Positions 18,110 through 28,179 of a DNA stretch of 45,525 nucleotides are shown here, piece by piece (the stretch's first letter is position 1; every line of letters begins with the position of its first letter). Where the stretch lies: IMG/VR virus record IMGVR_UViG_2531839662_000040, positions 1-45,525 of that record; one strand, given 5' to 3'. A program made the translations under genes and the position numbers. The notes beneath the pieces are model-generated. The model did not search any database. It was not told where the DNA came from and was given only the letters and a program-made list of their open reading frames with translations. Origin of the DNA: a virus. Its lineage: Duplodnaviria > Heunggongvirae > Uroviricota > Caudoviricetes.

Positions 18110-19254
18110 CGTTTTCTCCTTCCGTCATCATGCCGCGTATGAAGATGAACATTGCGGCGTTAAGCCTCGAAATCACCAAAGCAACTCACAGCGAAATCCA
18201 GCTGTTTCCGGCAGGCGAGTTCAGTGCGGTGGATGGTCGCCCACATACCGATGAAGTCGAAAGCGGTAAATGGGTGCTGACTGCCGAACTGGCCGCGCAG
18301 CTTGTCGCACAGGTGGCAGCCCGTACCACGCCTTTTGTCATTGATTACGAACATCAGACGCTGCGCGCCGTAAACAACGGCAAGCCCGCCCCGGCGGCGG
18401 GCTGGTTCAGCCAGGTGGAATGGCGTGAAGGTGTGGGCCTGTATGCCACCGGTGTGGAGTGGACGGAGAACGCGGCGGCCATGATTGCCGCCGGTGAGTA
18501 CAAATTTATTTCCCCTGTTTTTGCCTACAACAAGCGCGGCGAAGTGCTGGAGCTGTTACATGCTGCGCTGACCAATACCCCGGCGCTGGACGGTATGGAC
18601 GCGGTCATGCTGGCTGCGGCCAGTCGTCTGGCGAGTCTGTCAACTGAAACGGAGACCACAACGGTGGATGAAGAACTGTTAAACGATTTGCTGTCCAGTC
18701 TGCGCTGGATGCTTAACCTCCCGGTGACCTCAACGGCGGAAGATATCAAAAGCGAGCTGCAAAAGGTCGTTGACATGATTTCGAACGGTCAGGGAACGGC
18801 GGCGGCATCCGTCAGCCTGCTGGCCCTGCTGAATCAGAAAGACGAGCAAATCGCCAGCCTGTCAGCAAATGCCTATGACCCGACGAAGCATATCCCTCTG
18901 ACGGCATATGAAGAACTTCAGGGACGTTATGCCGTACTGGCGCAACAGTCCGGTGAAGCCGAAGCCGGGGCACTGATTCAGGCGGCGCTGTCTGACGGGC
19001 GACTGCTTCCGACGCTGGAAGACTGGGCGAAAGATTACGCTCGTCGCGATATTAACGGTTTTAAAACCTGGCTGGATAAAACCACCCCGCTTGCCGCACT
19101 CAGCAGCACCCAGACCGGCGGCAAACCACCCAAAACGCCGTCACCGGCCCCGGCGCAGATTAAAACCGGCGATGACGTCGATGTCGATATCGCCATTTGT
19201 TCAATGATGGGCGTTGATCCAGAGGATGTCGCCCGTTACGCAGGAGACAAGTAA
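18085..19254 (+). CDS. Mu I-like head protease/scaffold protein
   Basis: 389 aa; position between G-like and major head gene; true start may be an internal Met (MPRMKMNIAAL). Confidence 0.65.
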   Translation: MLNTLNSTPFSPSVIMPRMKMNIAALSLEITKATHSEIQLFPAGEFSAVDGRPHTDEVESGKWVLTAELAAQLVAQVAARTTPFVIDYEHQTLRAVNNGKPAPAAGWFSQVEWREGVGLYATGVEWTENAAAMIAAGEYKFISPVFAYNKRGEVLELLHAALTNTPALDGMDAVMLAAASRLASLSTETETTTVDEELLNDLLSSLRWMLNLPVTSTAEDIKSELQKVVDMISNGQGTAAASVSLLALLNQKDEQIASLSANAYDPTKHIPLTAYEELQGRYAVLAQQSGEAEAGALIQAALSDGRLLPTLEDWAKDYARRDINGFKTWLDKTTPLAALSSTQTGGKPPKTPSPAPAQIKTGDDVDVDIAICSMMGVDPEDVARYAGDK

Positions 19255-19650
19255 ATGGATCGCAATACCCCCTACCGTGACGGCGAACTGAACCCGGTGC
19301 CGGTTGCCGCTGCGACCGAAATTTTTGGCGGTCATATGGTGGCCGTTAACGCATCCGGTTATGCCGTTCCGGCCAGTGCCACGGCCTCACAGATTACGCT
19401 GGGCGTGTCTGATGGCTGGGCGGATAACAGTACCGGCAGCGATGGCGATGTCACCGTTCTGGTGCGTTGCGGCAAAGATTTTCTGATGGTGAACAGCACC
19501 TCAGACCCGGTCACACAATCGCAGGTCGGCAAGCTGTGCTACGTGGAAGACAGCGTGACCGTGGCAAAAACCGACAACAGCAGCGCCCGTCCTGTCGCAG
19601 GGAAAGTGATCGGCATCTGTGGCGATGGCGTCTGGGTTCATTTCAGTTAA
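19255..19650 (+). CDS. hypothetical head-associated protein
   Basis: 131 aa between protease and major head gene. Confidence 0.4.
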   Translation: MDRNTPYRDGELNPVPVAAATEIFGGHMVAVNASGYAVPASATASQITLGVSDGWADNSTGSDGDVTVLVRCGKDFLMVNSTSDPVTQSQVGKLCYVEDSVTVAKTDNSSARPVAGKVIGICGDGVWVHFS

Positions 19651-19660
19651 GGAGCAAAAC

Positions 19661-20569
19661 GTGTTAGTCAACGTTAAAAACGTCAAACAGATTTTTATCA
19701 ATCTGAAGGCCACCTTCCAGAAAGCCTTCGACCAGTCGCCAACTGACTGGCAGAAGGTGGCAATGGAAGTGCCATCAAACGGCAAGGAAAACGACTACAG
19801 CTGGTTAAGTCGTTTCCCGAAAATGCGCGAGTGGATTGGTGACAAGGTCGTCAAATCACTGGCGGCATTTAACTACACCATCCGTAACAAGGACTGGGAA
19901 GCCACGGTTGAAGTCGATCGTAACGACATCGAGGACGACCAGATTATGGGCTATGCCCTTCAGGCGAAAGGAGCCGGACAGTCGGCAGCAGAGCTACCGG
20001 CAGATATTGTGGCGTCCCTTATCAGTAACGGTTTTACCAATCTCTGTTATGACGGTCAGCCGTTCTTTGATACCGACCACCTGGTCGCCGGTAAATCGGT
20101 GTCCAACAAAGGCACCAAAAAACTCAAAGTTGGCTCGCTTGCCGAGGCGAAAGCCTCCTACGGTGCCGCCCGTACGGCCATGCGTAGTCTGAAAGATGAC
20201 GAAGGCGCATCCCTCAAAATTCGCCCGAATCTGCTGGTTGTGCCACCGGCGCTGGAGGATGACGCGAACTACCTGATGACCGCCGAGAAGTTCCCGGACG
20301 GCACGCCGAACCCGTACCGCAATACCGCCGAAGTGCTGGTGATGCCGGAGCTGGCGTCGGATTCTGCGTGGTTCCTGTTTGACACCACCAAACCGGTGAA
20401 ACCGCTGATTTATCAGCTGCGTAAAAAGCCTGTTTTTGTGGAGCAGACGGACTACAACAGCGACAACGTGTTCAAGCGTAAGAAGTTCCTGTTTGGTGCC
20501 GAAGCGCGCTGTAACGGCGGTTACGGCTTCTGGCAGATGGCATTTGGTTCAGATGGTACGACGGAGTAA
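19661..20569 (+). CDS. major head subunit (Mu T-like)
   Basis: GTG at 19661 preceded by AGGAG; about 303 aa; position after I-like gene. Confidence 0.75.
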   Translation: MLVNVKNVKQIFINLKATFQKAFDQSPTDWQKVAMEVPSNGKENDYSWLSRFPKMREWIGDKVVKSLAAFNYTIRNKDWEATVEVDRNDIEDDQIMGYALQAKGAGQSAAELPADIVASLISNGFTNLCYDGQPFFDTDHLVAGKSVSNKGTKKLKVGSLAEAKASYGAARTAMRSLKDDEGASLKIRPNLLVVPPALEDDANYLMTAEKFPDGTPNPYRNTAEVLVMPELASDSAWFLFDTTKPVKPLIYQLRKKPVFVEQTDYNSDNVFKRKKFLFGAEARCNGGYGFWQMAFGSDGTTE

Positions 20570-20572
20570 TGC

Positions 20573-20914
20573 ATGGAAAAGGTGATTGAAATTACCGCCC
20601 GCCGTGAGGGTTTTCGCCGCTGCGGTGTGGCACACAGCGCAACCACGAAGGCATGGCCTGTGGATGCGTTCACCCCGGAACAGCTGGCGGTGCTGAAGGC
20701 GGACCCCATGCTGATTGTGGTGGAGCGTGATAAAGCGTCCGGCCAGAACGACGCGGACCAAAGTGATGAACTGGTCGCACAACTGGATGCCGAACGCCAG
20801 AAAGTCAGCGAACTGACGGCGCAACTGGAAGAAGAACGCCAGAAAGTCAGTGAACTGACCGCACAGCTGAACGCCGCACAGAAAACACAAAAAGCGGACA
20901 AAAAGGAGAAGTAA
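20573..20914 (+). CDS. hypothetical coiled-coil protein with internal tandem repeat
   Basis: 113 aa; ERQKVSELTAQL repeated twice. Confidence 0.4.
   Translation: MEKVIEITARREGFRRCGVAHSATTKAWPVDAFTPEQLAVLKADPMLIVVERDKASGQNDADQSDELVAQLDAERQKVSELTAQLEEERQKVSELTAQLNAAQKTQKADKKEK
20792..20869 (+). repeat. 42-bp-period direct repeat inside CDS 20573..20914
   Basis: GAACGCCAGAAAGTCAGYGAACTGACSGCRCARCTG twice. Confidence 0.5.
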
Positions 20915-20917
20915 CCC

Positions 20918-21349
20918 ATGTCTTACGCCACACCGGAACAGTTCATCAGGGCGTTCAGTGAACGAGAGGCACGCACACTGACGGATGAAGACATGACGGG
21001 ATTCATCGACGAAGAAAAGCTGGCCTCCGCGCTTGCGCGCGCCAGTGCCCAGATTGATGGCTATCTGGTGGGGCGTTACCGGACCCCGTGGCCTGACAGC
21101 CCGGGGATTCTGGTGGGTTACTGCTGCGATATCGCCCGTTACCACCTGGCGACCGATTACCGTATCTGCTCAGAAGAAATTCAGATGCGCTACCGGGATG
21201 CCATCCGCTTTCTGGAGAAAGTCGCGGCAGGACAAGTCAACCTCGGACGGGATACGTCCGGCAGCGTGATCCAGTCATCGTCACAGGTGCGTATCCGCTC
21301 CGGCTCCCGTCAGTTCGGGCGTGAGTCCACGCGGGGAGGTGCATTCTGA
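20918..21349 (+). CDS. Mu gp36-like protein (DUF1320 family)
   Basis: 143 aa; synteny after major head gene. Confidence 0.55.
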   Translation: MSYATPEQFIRAFSEREARTLTDEDMTGFIDEEKLASALARASAQIDGYLVGRYRTPWPDSPGILVGYCCDIARYHLATDYRICSEEIQMRYRDAIRFLEKVAAGQVNLGRDTSGSVIQSSSQVRIRSGSRQFGRESTRGGAF

Positions 21350-21402
21350 TTACTGACATTGAACGGGCGCTGGTTGAGCGTCTGCGCTGTGGTCTGGGGC
21401 AT

Positions 21403-21984
21403 ATGGTGCAGGATGTCCGCACCTATGCCGGTGAACTGGATGAAGACCCTGGCCGGATTGTTCGCAGCCTTCCGGCAGCCTGGGTGACGTTCGGCGGCAT
21501 CGTGAAAACCGAACGCTATTCCACGTCGCGCCGGAAATACATTGCCACCGGACGCTTTGTGGTTGTGGTGGGTGATTACAACACCCGCAGCGAACAGAGC
21601 GCCAGACAGGGAGGCTCTGTCCGGGATGAAGTCGGGACAAACCAGCTGGTTGAATCCGTCCGTCGCCTGCTGACCGGTCAGGATTTGGGGCTGGAGATTG
21701 ATTATTTCGAACCCGGGCGGGTCAGGACGCTGTTTAACACCGGCGTGGCAGAGCGGGCAATGTCCGTGTTTGCCTGTGAGTTCGATACCCGCTGGGTGGA
21801 GCACGCGCTGGAGAACGGCAAATGGCCGGAGCGTGGCGCAGAAGCGGACCGCCTCTTCAACCGCTACCACGGCAGGCTGTCAGACCCTGACCCGGATTTA
21901 CTGCGAATTGGTACGCAATACGGCGCAGATATCTGTGGTCTGGATGAATTAAGAGAGCAACAGCATGAACAAAATGAAGGTTAA
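21403..21984 (+). CDS. Mu gp37-like protein
   Basis: 193 aa by synteny; start uncertain (frame is open back to the previous stop but without a canonical start codon). Confidence 0.45.
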   Translation: MVQDVRTYAGELDEDPGRIVRSLPAAWVTFGGIVKTERYSTSRRKYIATGRFVVVVGDYNTRSEQSARQGGSVRDEVGTNQLVESVRRLLTGQDLGLEIDYFEPGRVRTLFNTGVAERAMSVFACEFDTRWVEHALENGKWPERGAEADRLFNRYHGRLSDPDPDLLRIGTQYGADICGLDELREQQHEQNEG

Positions 21985-22207
21985 GGCGGCTCACGGGATG
22001 AAGTTCCCGATGGAGGATAACGCCCGGAAATACATCACCACGGAAGCGGTGACCGTTGAGAATACCGCTTATTACCGGCGCGCCGTTCAGGACGGTGACC
22101 TGATTCTGGTGAAGGATGAACCTGAAGCCACCGAGGTGGCTGAACAGGACGCCGTGCAGGTAAAAGCGAAGGTGAAGAAAGAGAAACAGGTGGGCTCCGA
22201 TGAGTGA
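21965..22207 (+). CDS. Mu gp38-like small protein (DUF2635-like)
   Basis: 80 aa immediately upstream of tail sheath. Confidence 0.45.
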   Translation: MNKMKVKAAHGMKFPMEDNARKYITTEAVTVENTAYYRRAVQDGDLILVKDEPEATEVAEQDAVQVKAKVKKEKQVGSDE

Positions 22208-23621
22208 AATTCAGTTTGACACCATTTCGGGCGGCATCCGTAAGCCCGGTGTGCATTTTGAGTTTAATACCCGACTGGCCGTTAACACGCTGCCGGGTAA
22301 TGAACAGCGTGTTCTGGTGATTGGTCCGATGCTGTCAGGCGGCACCGCCACGCCCCTGAATGCCGTCTCCGTGTATTCCGAAGACGAAGCGGATTTGTAT
22401 TTCGGGGCCGGTTCGCTGGCCGCTGCAATGGCGCGCGCGGCCATTAATGCCAACAGCTATCTGCAACTGGATGTTATCGGTATTGCAGACAGTGGCGCAG
22501 GAAAGGCGGCAACCGGCGCAGTTACCGTCAGTGGCACGGCAACCAGCAGCGGCACGCTGTCGGTATGGGTTGCCGGTGAGCAGGTCACGGTGGATGTGGA
22601 AACCGGTGATGAACCGTCGAAAATCATTCCGGCACTGGTGGAAGCAATGACGCAGACGCCATCGCTTCTGGTCACGGGGGAATACAAATCGGAAGCCTCT
22701 CAGCTGACGGTGACCACCCGGACCAAAGGGGCCTGGGGGGATGATATCACCCTGTCAGCGTCCACCACGGCAGGCGGTCTGACCGTGAGCGCCACGCCGA
22801 TGGCGAACGGCGAAATGGATCCGGATATTCAGCCCGCACTGGATGCGGTCTTTGCCGCCGGTCACAACATTCTGATTTGTCCGTTCAGTACCACGCCAGC
22901 CCTTGCTGCCCTGAAGCAGCATCTGGAGAAAACCGGGAACGCGATGGAACAGCGCGGCGCGATTGGCTGTGCGGGCTGGACGGGTAGTCTCGGAAACGGG
23001 ATCACCCTGGCAGCCGGTGTGAACAGCGGGCGCGTGTCCGTCCCCTGGTATCGCGGCTCCGTGAAGCTGCCAGCGGTGCTGGCTGCCATCTACGGCGCTG
23101 TGATGGCGGGCGAGGAAGACCCGGCGCGTCCGCTGAACTCGCTGGCGCTGTCCGGGCTGGATGTGGTCGCCATGTCACAGCGTGAAAGCCGTAACGAGCA
23201 GGAAAACGCCCTGCATAACGGCCTGACACCGGTTGAGGTTGGCCCGGGTAATACGGTGCAGATTGTGCGTGCAGTCAGTACCTACACGGTGAACGCGCAG
23301 GGCGTGGCTGATGTCTCGCTACTGGATATCACGTCCATCAGAACGCTGGATTACACCCGTAAGGCGTGCCGCGAACGTATCAGCCTCCGCTTCCCGCGTG
23401 AAAAACTCAGCACCCGCACTATCGCAAAAGTGGAAAGTGAACTGTATGACGTGCTGATCAAGCTGGAGGAAGCGGAAATTCTGGAGAACGTGGAAGCGAA
23501 CAAGGCAAAGCTGCGCGTTCAGCGAAACGGGAAAGATGCAAACCGTCTCGACTGCGTGGTTCCGGCGGATGTGGTTAACGGCCTGCACGTGTTTGCCGGT
23601 CGCATCGACATGATTTTGTAA
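22200..23621 (+). CDS. tail sheath protein (Mu L-like)
   Basis: 473 aa; followed by tube, chaperone and tape measure. Confidence 0.8.
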   Translation: MSEIQFDTISGGIRKPGVHFEFNTRLAVNTLPGNEQRVLVIGPMLSGGTATPLNAVSVYSEDEADLYFGAGSLAAAMARAAINANSYLQLDVIGIADSGAGKAATGAVTVSGTATSSGTLSVWVAGEQVTVDVETGDEPSKIIPALVEAMTQTPSLLVTGEYKSEASQLTVTTRTKGAWGDDITLSASTTAGGLTVSATPMANGEMDPDIQPALDAVFAAGHNILICPFSTTPALAALKQHLEKTGNAMEQRGAIGCAGWTGSLGNGITLAAGVNSGRVSVPWYRGSVKLPAVLAAIYGAVMAGEEDPARPLNSLALSGLDVVAMSQRESRNEQENALHNGLTPVEVGPGNTVQIVRAVSTYTVNAQGVADVSLLDITSIRTLDYTRKACRERISLRFPREKLSTRTIAKVESELYDVLIKLEEAEILENVEANKAKLRVQRNGKDANRLDCVVPADVVNGLHVFAGRIDMIL

Positions 23622-23633
23622 GGAGCGCGGTAA

Positions 23634-24008
23634 ATGTCCATTAAAGAATATGTCGGCTCGATTGTGCTGGAGGTGGACAGCCAGGAAATCGAGATCACCG
23701 ACTTCGATGTTCAGATCAACACCGGACGAAAGCTGGTCAAGACCATGAACAAAACCGGCAGGGCAAAAGGCTTTGCCCGTGGCATTGCCACTTACGATAT
23801 TTCAGTTTCGGCGGTTATCCCTGATACCAACGAGCCGGACTGGGAAAATCTGGAAGGTGTGAAAATCTCAATTTATCCGCTCAGCAACAGCGGTAAGCGC
23901 ACCTCCTATCTGGACTGCTTCACTGTTGAAGTGGGTGAGAAATACACCGTCGACAGTGAAGCGAAAATTGATATCAAAATGGCTGCACTCAGGAAGGTGA
24001 CAGGATGA
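23634..24008 (+). CDS. tail tube protein (Mu M-like)
   Basis: 124 aa directly after sheath. Confidence 0.7.
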   Translation: MSIKEYVGSIVLEVDSQEIEITDFDVQINTGRKLVKTMNKTGRAKGFARGIATYDISVSAVIPDTNEPDWENLEGVKISIYPLSNSGKRTSYLDCFTVEVGEKYTVDSEAKIDIKMAALRKVTG

Positions 24009-24388
24009 CTTTGATTAATACACAGACCGGCGAACTGTCTGATGGCGTGGTATTTAACGGCACCGTTCATAAAAACTTTGAGCTGCGTCTGCCGGTCATG
24101 CGTGATAACGGGCAGGCACTGGAAGAAACCGAAGAACGCTTTCAGACGGTGGACGGCTTCGCGGCAGATTATTACTACCGTTGTGCAGTGATGGCGGCAA
24201 CGCTGGTCCGTCTTGGGGATATCCCGCAGGAAGAACTGACGGCGGATCTGTTGCACGACAACATGACGCCGGACGATTTTAATATTCTGCTGGCATCACG
24301 CAACGTCCTGAAGGTAAAGCGGAACGGCGGGAATCCCGGCTCGCCGGACTCCGGCTCGCAGTCCTCATCCTCGGGCGCTACGGAATAA
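24005..24388 (+). CDS. tail assembly chaperone (Mu gp41-like)
   Basis: 127 aa between tube and tape measure; Ser/Gly-rich C-terminus; overlapping -1 frame open from 24283 to 24561. Confidence 0.5.
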   Translation: MTLINTQTGELSDGVVFNGTVHKNFELRLPVMRDNGQALEETEERFQTVDGFAADYYYRCAVMAATLVRLGDIPQEELTADLLHDNMTPDDFNILLASRNVLKVKRNGGNPGSPDSGSQSSSSGATE

Positions 24389-24550
24389 CCGAAGAGCAAA
24401 TCATGACCATGAGCCGTCCCGAGCTGGACGGCTGGCTTGCCGCCGTTGACAGGCTGAACGGCGGCGGCTCAGGAAGGAAGGACACCTCACAGACCACCCG
24501 CCAGTCATTTAAATCCCTCAGAAAGAAACGCAGAAAAGGTAAGCAGAAAA

Positions 24551-26830
24551 ATGGCCGGTAATTTCAAAGTTGGCATGACCCTGACTGCGAAGGACGAAGC
24601 CTCGCAGGTCCTGGAAAAGGGACAAAAACAGGTTATCAAAGCCACCGAAGGTGTAACAAAGGCAACCCGGAAAGCAGGCGCAGAGCAGAAGCGTACCGAG
24701 CAGGAAAGCATTAACAGCACGAAAAAGGCCGCAAAAGAGATACAGCGTGCCGCCCGTGCCCGGGAAACGCTCGGTATTCGTGCAGAACGCGAGATCCGGC
24801 GTGAAATTTATCTGACGGTTGCCAGTTATAACCGTCTGGCCCGCGCCGGTTTTGAATCTGCGCAGGAGCAGGAGCGCGCCATGCAGGCCACCCGGGAAAA
24901 AGCCCGGGCACTCAAGCGCGAACTGGATGGCGTTACTCAGGCTCAGATGAAGATGGCGAAAACGCCTGTTATCCCTGAACAGGGGCGTTTTGCGCGTGCA
25001 GCTGCATTTGGCAGGAATGCCGTGACAACAGGCGCTGGTATCGCAGCAGGTGCGGCTATTATGGCGCAGCCGGTCAAAAAGCAGATGAGCTACGAACGCC
25101 AGCTGGCAATGATGGCCAATACCGCTTTCAGTGATGGCGGCCTGGAGGGGCGCAGAGCTGGTCTTGAGCAGATGAAAAGCAGCATCCGTAACGCAGTGAC
25201 CTATGGTGGCGGTACGAAAGAGGATGCAGCCGAAACACTGGATGCCTTGCTGAAAGACGGCATTTCATTTGAAACAGCCAGTAAGTGGCTGCCCGAACTG
25301 ATGAAATACGCCACGGCTTCAGGCGCATCTGCAACAGACCTGGCTAAGGTGATGATTAAGGGCAAAAAGACCTTTGGATTCAGGGATGAAGATATTTCCA
25401 CCGTTCTGAATATGGCGATTGCAGCGGGCAAAGAAGGCAGCTTTGAACTGAACGACATGGCCCGCTGGTTATCCCAGCAAATGGGCGCTGCGTCAGCTGC
25501 GGGGATGAAAGGCAAGGATGATTTCGTCAAGATTCTGGCGCTGAATGAAGCTGCCGCCATCACGGCGGGAAGCAGTGATGAAGCCGGAAATAACGTGGTT
25601 AACCTGCTGGCAAAACTGACCAGTAAGGATATTGAAACAGCGGCTGCGGGGATAAATTACAACGGTAAGGGAATCGACTTTTCCGGTACGCTGACTGAAG
25701 CACGTGAGAATGGACTTAATCCGATAGACGCGCTGTCCAGCCTGATAGACAAAATCGTTGCCAGCGATAAACGCTATCAGGAGCTGCAAAAGAAACTGGC
25801 CTCCGCCCGGGATAAAGGTGAGCAGACGGCTGTTTATGATTCGATGGCAACACTCCTTGAAGGCTTTGGTGTCGGAAAGCTGATTGCAGACCGTCAGGCG
25901 TTGATGGCGTTGTTAGCCTACCGTAACAACCCTGAATACCGGAAAAAGGTTGAAGACGCGATTAATCAGCAGCGCACCCTGCCGGAAGGTCAGCGCGCGG
26001 GTGATGTGGATTTTAAATTCATATCAGATACGAATGATTTTAAAACCGAACAGGCTAAAAACACGCTTGAATTTTCACAAATGGACAGCGTGAAAAAGCT
26101 GGCGGATGCATCCGGTACTGTGGCCGATGCCATAAGCTGGGCGGGTGAAAAATTTCCGGGACTGACCACAGCAGTCGTGGGTGCCACGACCGCCATTGAA
26201 GCGATGACCGCAGCAGCCCTGACATGGGCCGGGATCAAAATCCTGACCGGGGGTAAACCCGGTGGCAAGGCTGGCGAGGTTGTCGGTGATGTCATTGAAA
26301 ACACGGTCAAAAAAGGCAAAGGATTTAAATTCCCCGGCATTGCCGGTGGCCTGCTTTCTTTCGGTAGCACCGTTACGGCACTGGCCACTGCAACCAGCCC
26401 GGAAGAAGACGCCGCCGTCGAAGGAAGCGAGGAGCGCTGGAAAAATATACGGGCTAAATATCCTCAGTGGCTGATTGATGCTGCCCGTGAAAAATATCAG
26501 CCGTGGTGGCAGTTTGGCGAAGGTTACTCAACAGAAAACGAGAAATGGATCCAGCAGTATCTTGACGAACTGAAAAAAACCGGGGTTATCGCCGGTGATT
26601 CTCTGCCAACACCAGAACAAGTCCGACAGCAAGCCGGAATGGCAGCGTCTGAAACGGCATCAAAGCAACCCGGACGCATCACCCAGCCGGAATACCTCAC
26701 GCACTGGGGACCACCTGCCAGCCCCATTAATTTCACCACACAACTGGTGCTCGATGGTCAGGTCGTGGCGGAAGCGGTGAATAAATACAACCTTCAGGAC
26801 GGCAACAGAGGCACGGGAGGAACTTACTGA
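24551..26830 (+). CDS. tail tape measure protein (Mu-type)
   Basis: 759 aa, Ala/Gly-rich with predicted coiled regions. Confidence 0.8.
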   Translation: MAGNFKVGMTLTAKDEASQVLEKGQKQVIKATEGVTKATRKAGAEQKRTEQESINSTKKAAKEIQRAARARETLGIRAEREIRREIYLTVASYNRLARAGFESAQEQERAMQATREKARALKRELDGVTQAQMKMAKTPVIPEQGRFARAAAFGRNAVTTGAGIAAGAAIMAQPVKKQMSYERQLAMMANTAFSDGGLEGRRAGLEQMKSSIRNAVTYGGGTKEDAAETLDALLKDGISFETASKWLPELMKYATASGASATDLAKVMIKGKKTFGFRDEDISTVLNMAIAAGKEGSFELNDMARWLSQQMGAASAAGMKGKDDFVKILALNEAAAITAGSSDEAGNNVVNLLAKLTSKDIETAAAGINYNGKGIDFSGTLTEARENGLNPIDALSSLIDKIVASDKRYQELQKKLASARDKGEQTAVYDSMATLLEGFGVGKLIADRQALMALLAYRNNPEYRKKVEDAINQQRTLPEGQRAGDVDFKFISDTNDFKTEQAKNTLEFSQMDSVKKLADASGTVADAISWAGEKFPGLTTAVVGATTAIEAMTAAALTWAGIKILTGGKPGGKAGEVVGDVIENTVKKGKGFKFPGIAGGLLSFGSTVTALATATSPEEDAAVEGSEERWKNIRAKYPQWLIDAAREKYQPWWQFGEGYSTENEKWIQQYLDELKKTGVIAGDSLPTPEQVRQQAGMAASETASKQPGRITQPEYLTHWGPPASPINFTTQLVLDGQVVAEAVNKYNLQDGNRGTGGTY

Positions 26831-28179
26831 TGGGCTGGGCTGAAAACCTGCAAAACGCCTCCTTTCGTGGCGTGCAGTTTGATGTACTGAACACGGATGA
26901 ACAAATCAGCCGCGACCATGCGGTCTATGAATACCCGTTTGTTGACGGGGCGGATTTGCACGACCTCGGGCGCAAGGCGCGACCGTTCCGCATGACGGCG
27001 TTCCTGTGGGGGGAGTATTACGAATATAAACTCGAAAAGCTGATCGCCGCCCTGGACGAAGGCGGCGATGGTGAGCTGATTCACCCGGTTTATGGCTCCG
27101 TTCCGTCGGTGATTGTGACCGGCTACAGCATTCGCCATGACGCAGAAAGCCCGGACAGCTGCACCATCGACATGAGCTTTCTGGAGAACCGCACCGGCAG
27201 CGCGTTGTTCAGCACCCCGTTACCGGAGCTGTTTGCACAGCAGTTATTTGAAGAACTGGATAAGTTACTGGCACAGTTAAGCGAATTATTTGACGCTGTT
27301 ACGGCCCCTTTAAAGACCATTAACAGCGTGATTAAAAAAATCCAGACAGTGCGCGCCACACTGGTAAATACCCTGCTGACGTTCAAAAGCGATTTTCTCT
27401 CATCCATCGACAATATGATGTCGCTGGCCAGCGAACCCGGGAAATTTATTGGCGGGCTGGCAGAGGTGCTGGAAATCCACACGTCAGATGTCGGGCACGC
27501 GGTGCCGGTGCTGGAGCGTACTGATTCCGCCACCACGACCGGACTGACCGGGGAAGACAGCGTCGCCAGTTCTGCGACAGTGATGACCTGCTGGAATGAG
27601 GTGACGGCAGATATGGATGAGCTGGTCGCGCTGCCGGTCGCACTGGTCAGCGGTGATAAAACGCCGTCTGTGGCACTTCCGCCGGATGCGTCCGTGGAAG
27701 ACGTGCAGGACGTGAAAGCGGCTTATGCGGTTCTGGCAGCCTCAGAGCTGGCCAGCGTGGCGACGGCGATACTGTCCGATGAGGCCCAGTCAGAACAGCT
27801 TATACCGGCAGATATCGGGCGACTGGTCGGGGATGTGCGCACCCGCTTACAGGCAGCCATCACGCTGTTCCGTGAACGCTATGAAAGCGAACGCGAACGG
27901 ATAACCGAAACCGCATCACCACTGGGGCTGATGTACCCGGAAATCATTCAGAGCATGAAGAACGTGGCGGCATCCGTGCAGGATGTCGGCCTGCTGGTTC
28001 TGTCACGCCGCCCACCGCTGACGCAGAAACAGGTGCAGGCGGACAGCTGTCTGCTGTTGCTGGCGTGGCAGTGGTACGGTGATTACAGCCGTGCGGCAGA
28101 GCTGCAACGTCTGAACCCGCAGCTGCGTGACCCGAACAACATAACCGCCGGGATGGTGATTAATGCCTACGCAAAATAA
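26830..28179 (+). CDS. Mu N-like DNA circularisation/tail protein
   Basis: 449 aa following tape measure, as in Mu. Confidence 0.7.
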   Translation: MGWAENLQNASFRGVQFDVLNTDEQISRDHAVYEYPFVDGADLHDLGRKARPFRMTAFLWGEYYEYKLEKLIAALDEGGDGELIHPVYGSVPSVIVTGYSIRHDAESPDSCTIDMSFLENRTGSALFSTPLPELFAQQLFEELDKLLAQLSELFDAVTAPLKTINSVIKKIQTVRATLVNTLLTFKSDFLSSIDNMMSLASEPGKFIGGLAEVLEIHTSDVGHAVPVLERTDSATTTGLTGEDSVASSATVMTCWNEVTADMDELVALPVALVSGDKTPSVALPPDASVEDVQDVKAAYAVLAASELASVATAILSDEAQSEQLIPADIGRLVGDVRTRLQAAITLFRERYESERERITETASPLGLMYPEIIQSMKNVAASVQDVGLLVLSRRPPLTQKQVQADSCLLLLAWQWYGDYSRAAELQRLNPQLRDPNNITAGMVINAYAK

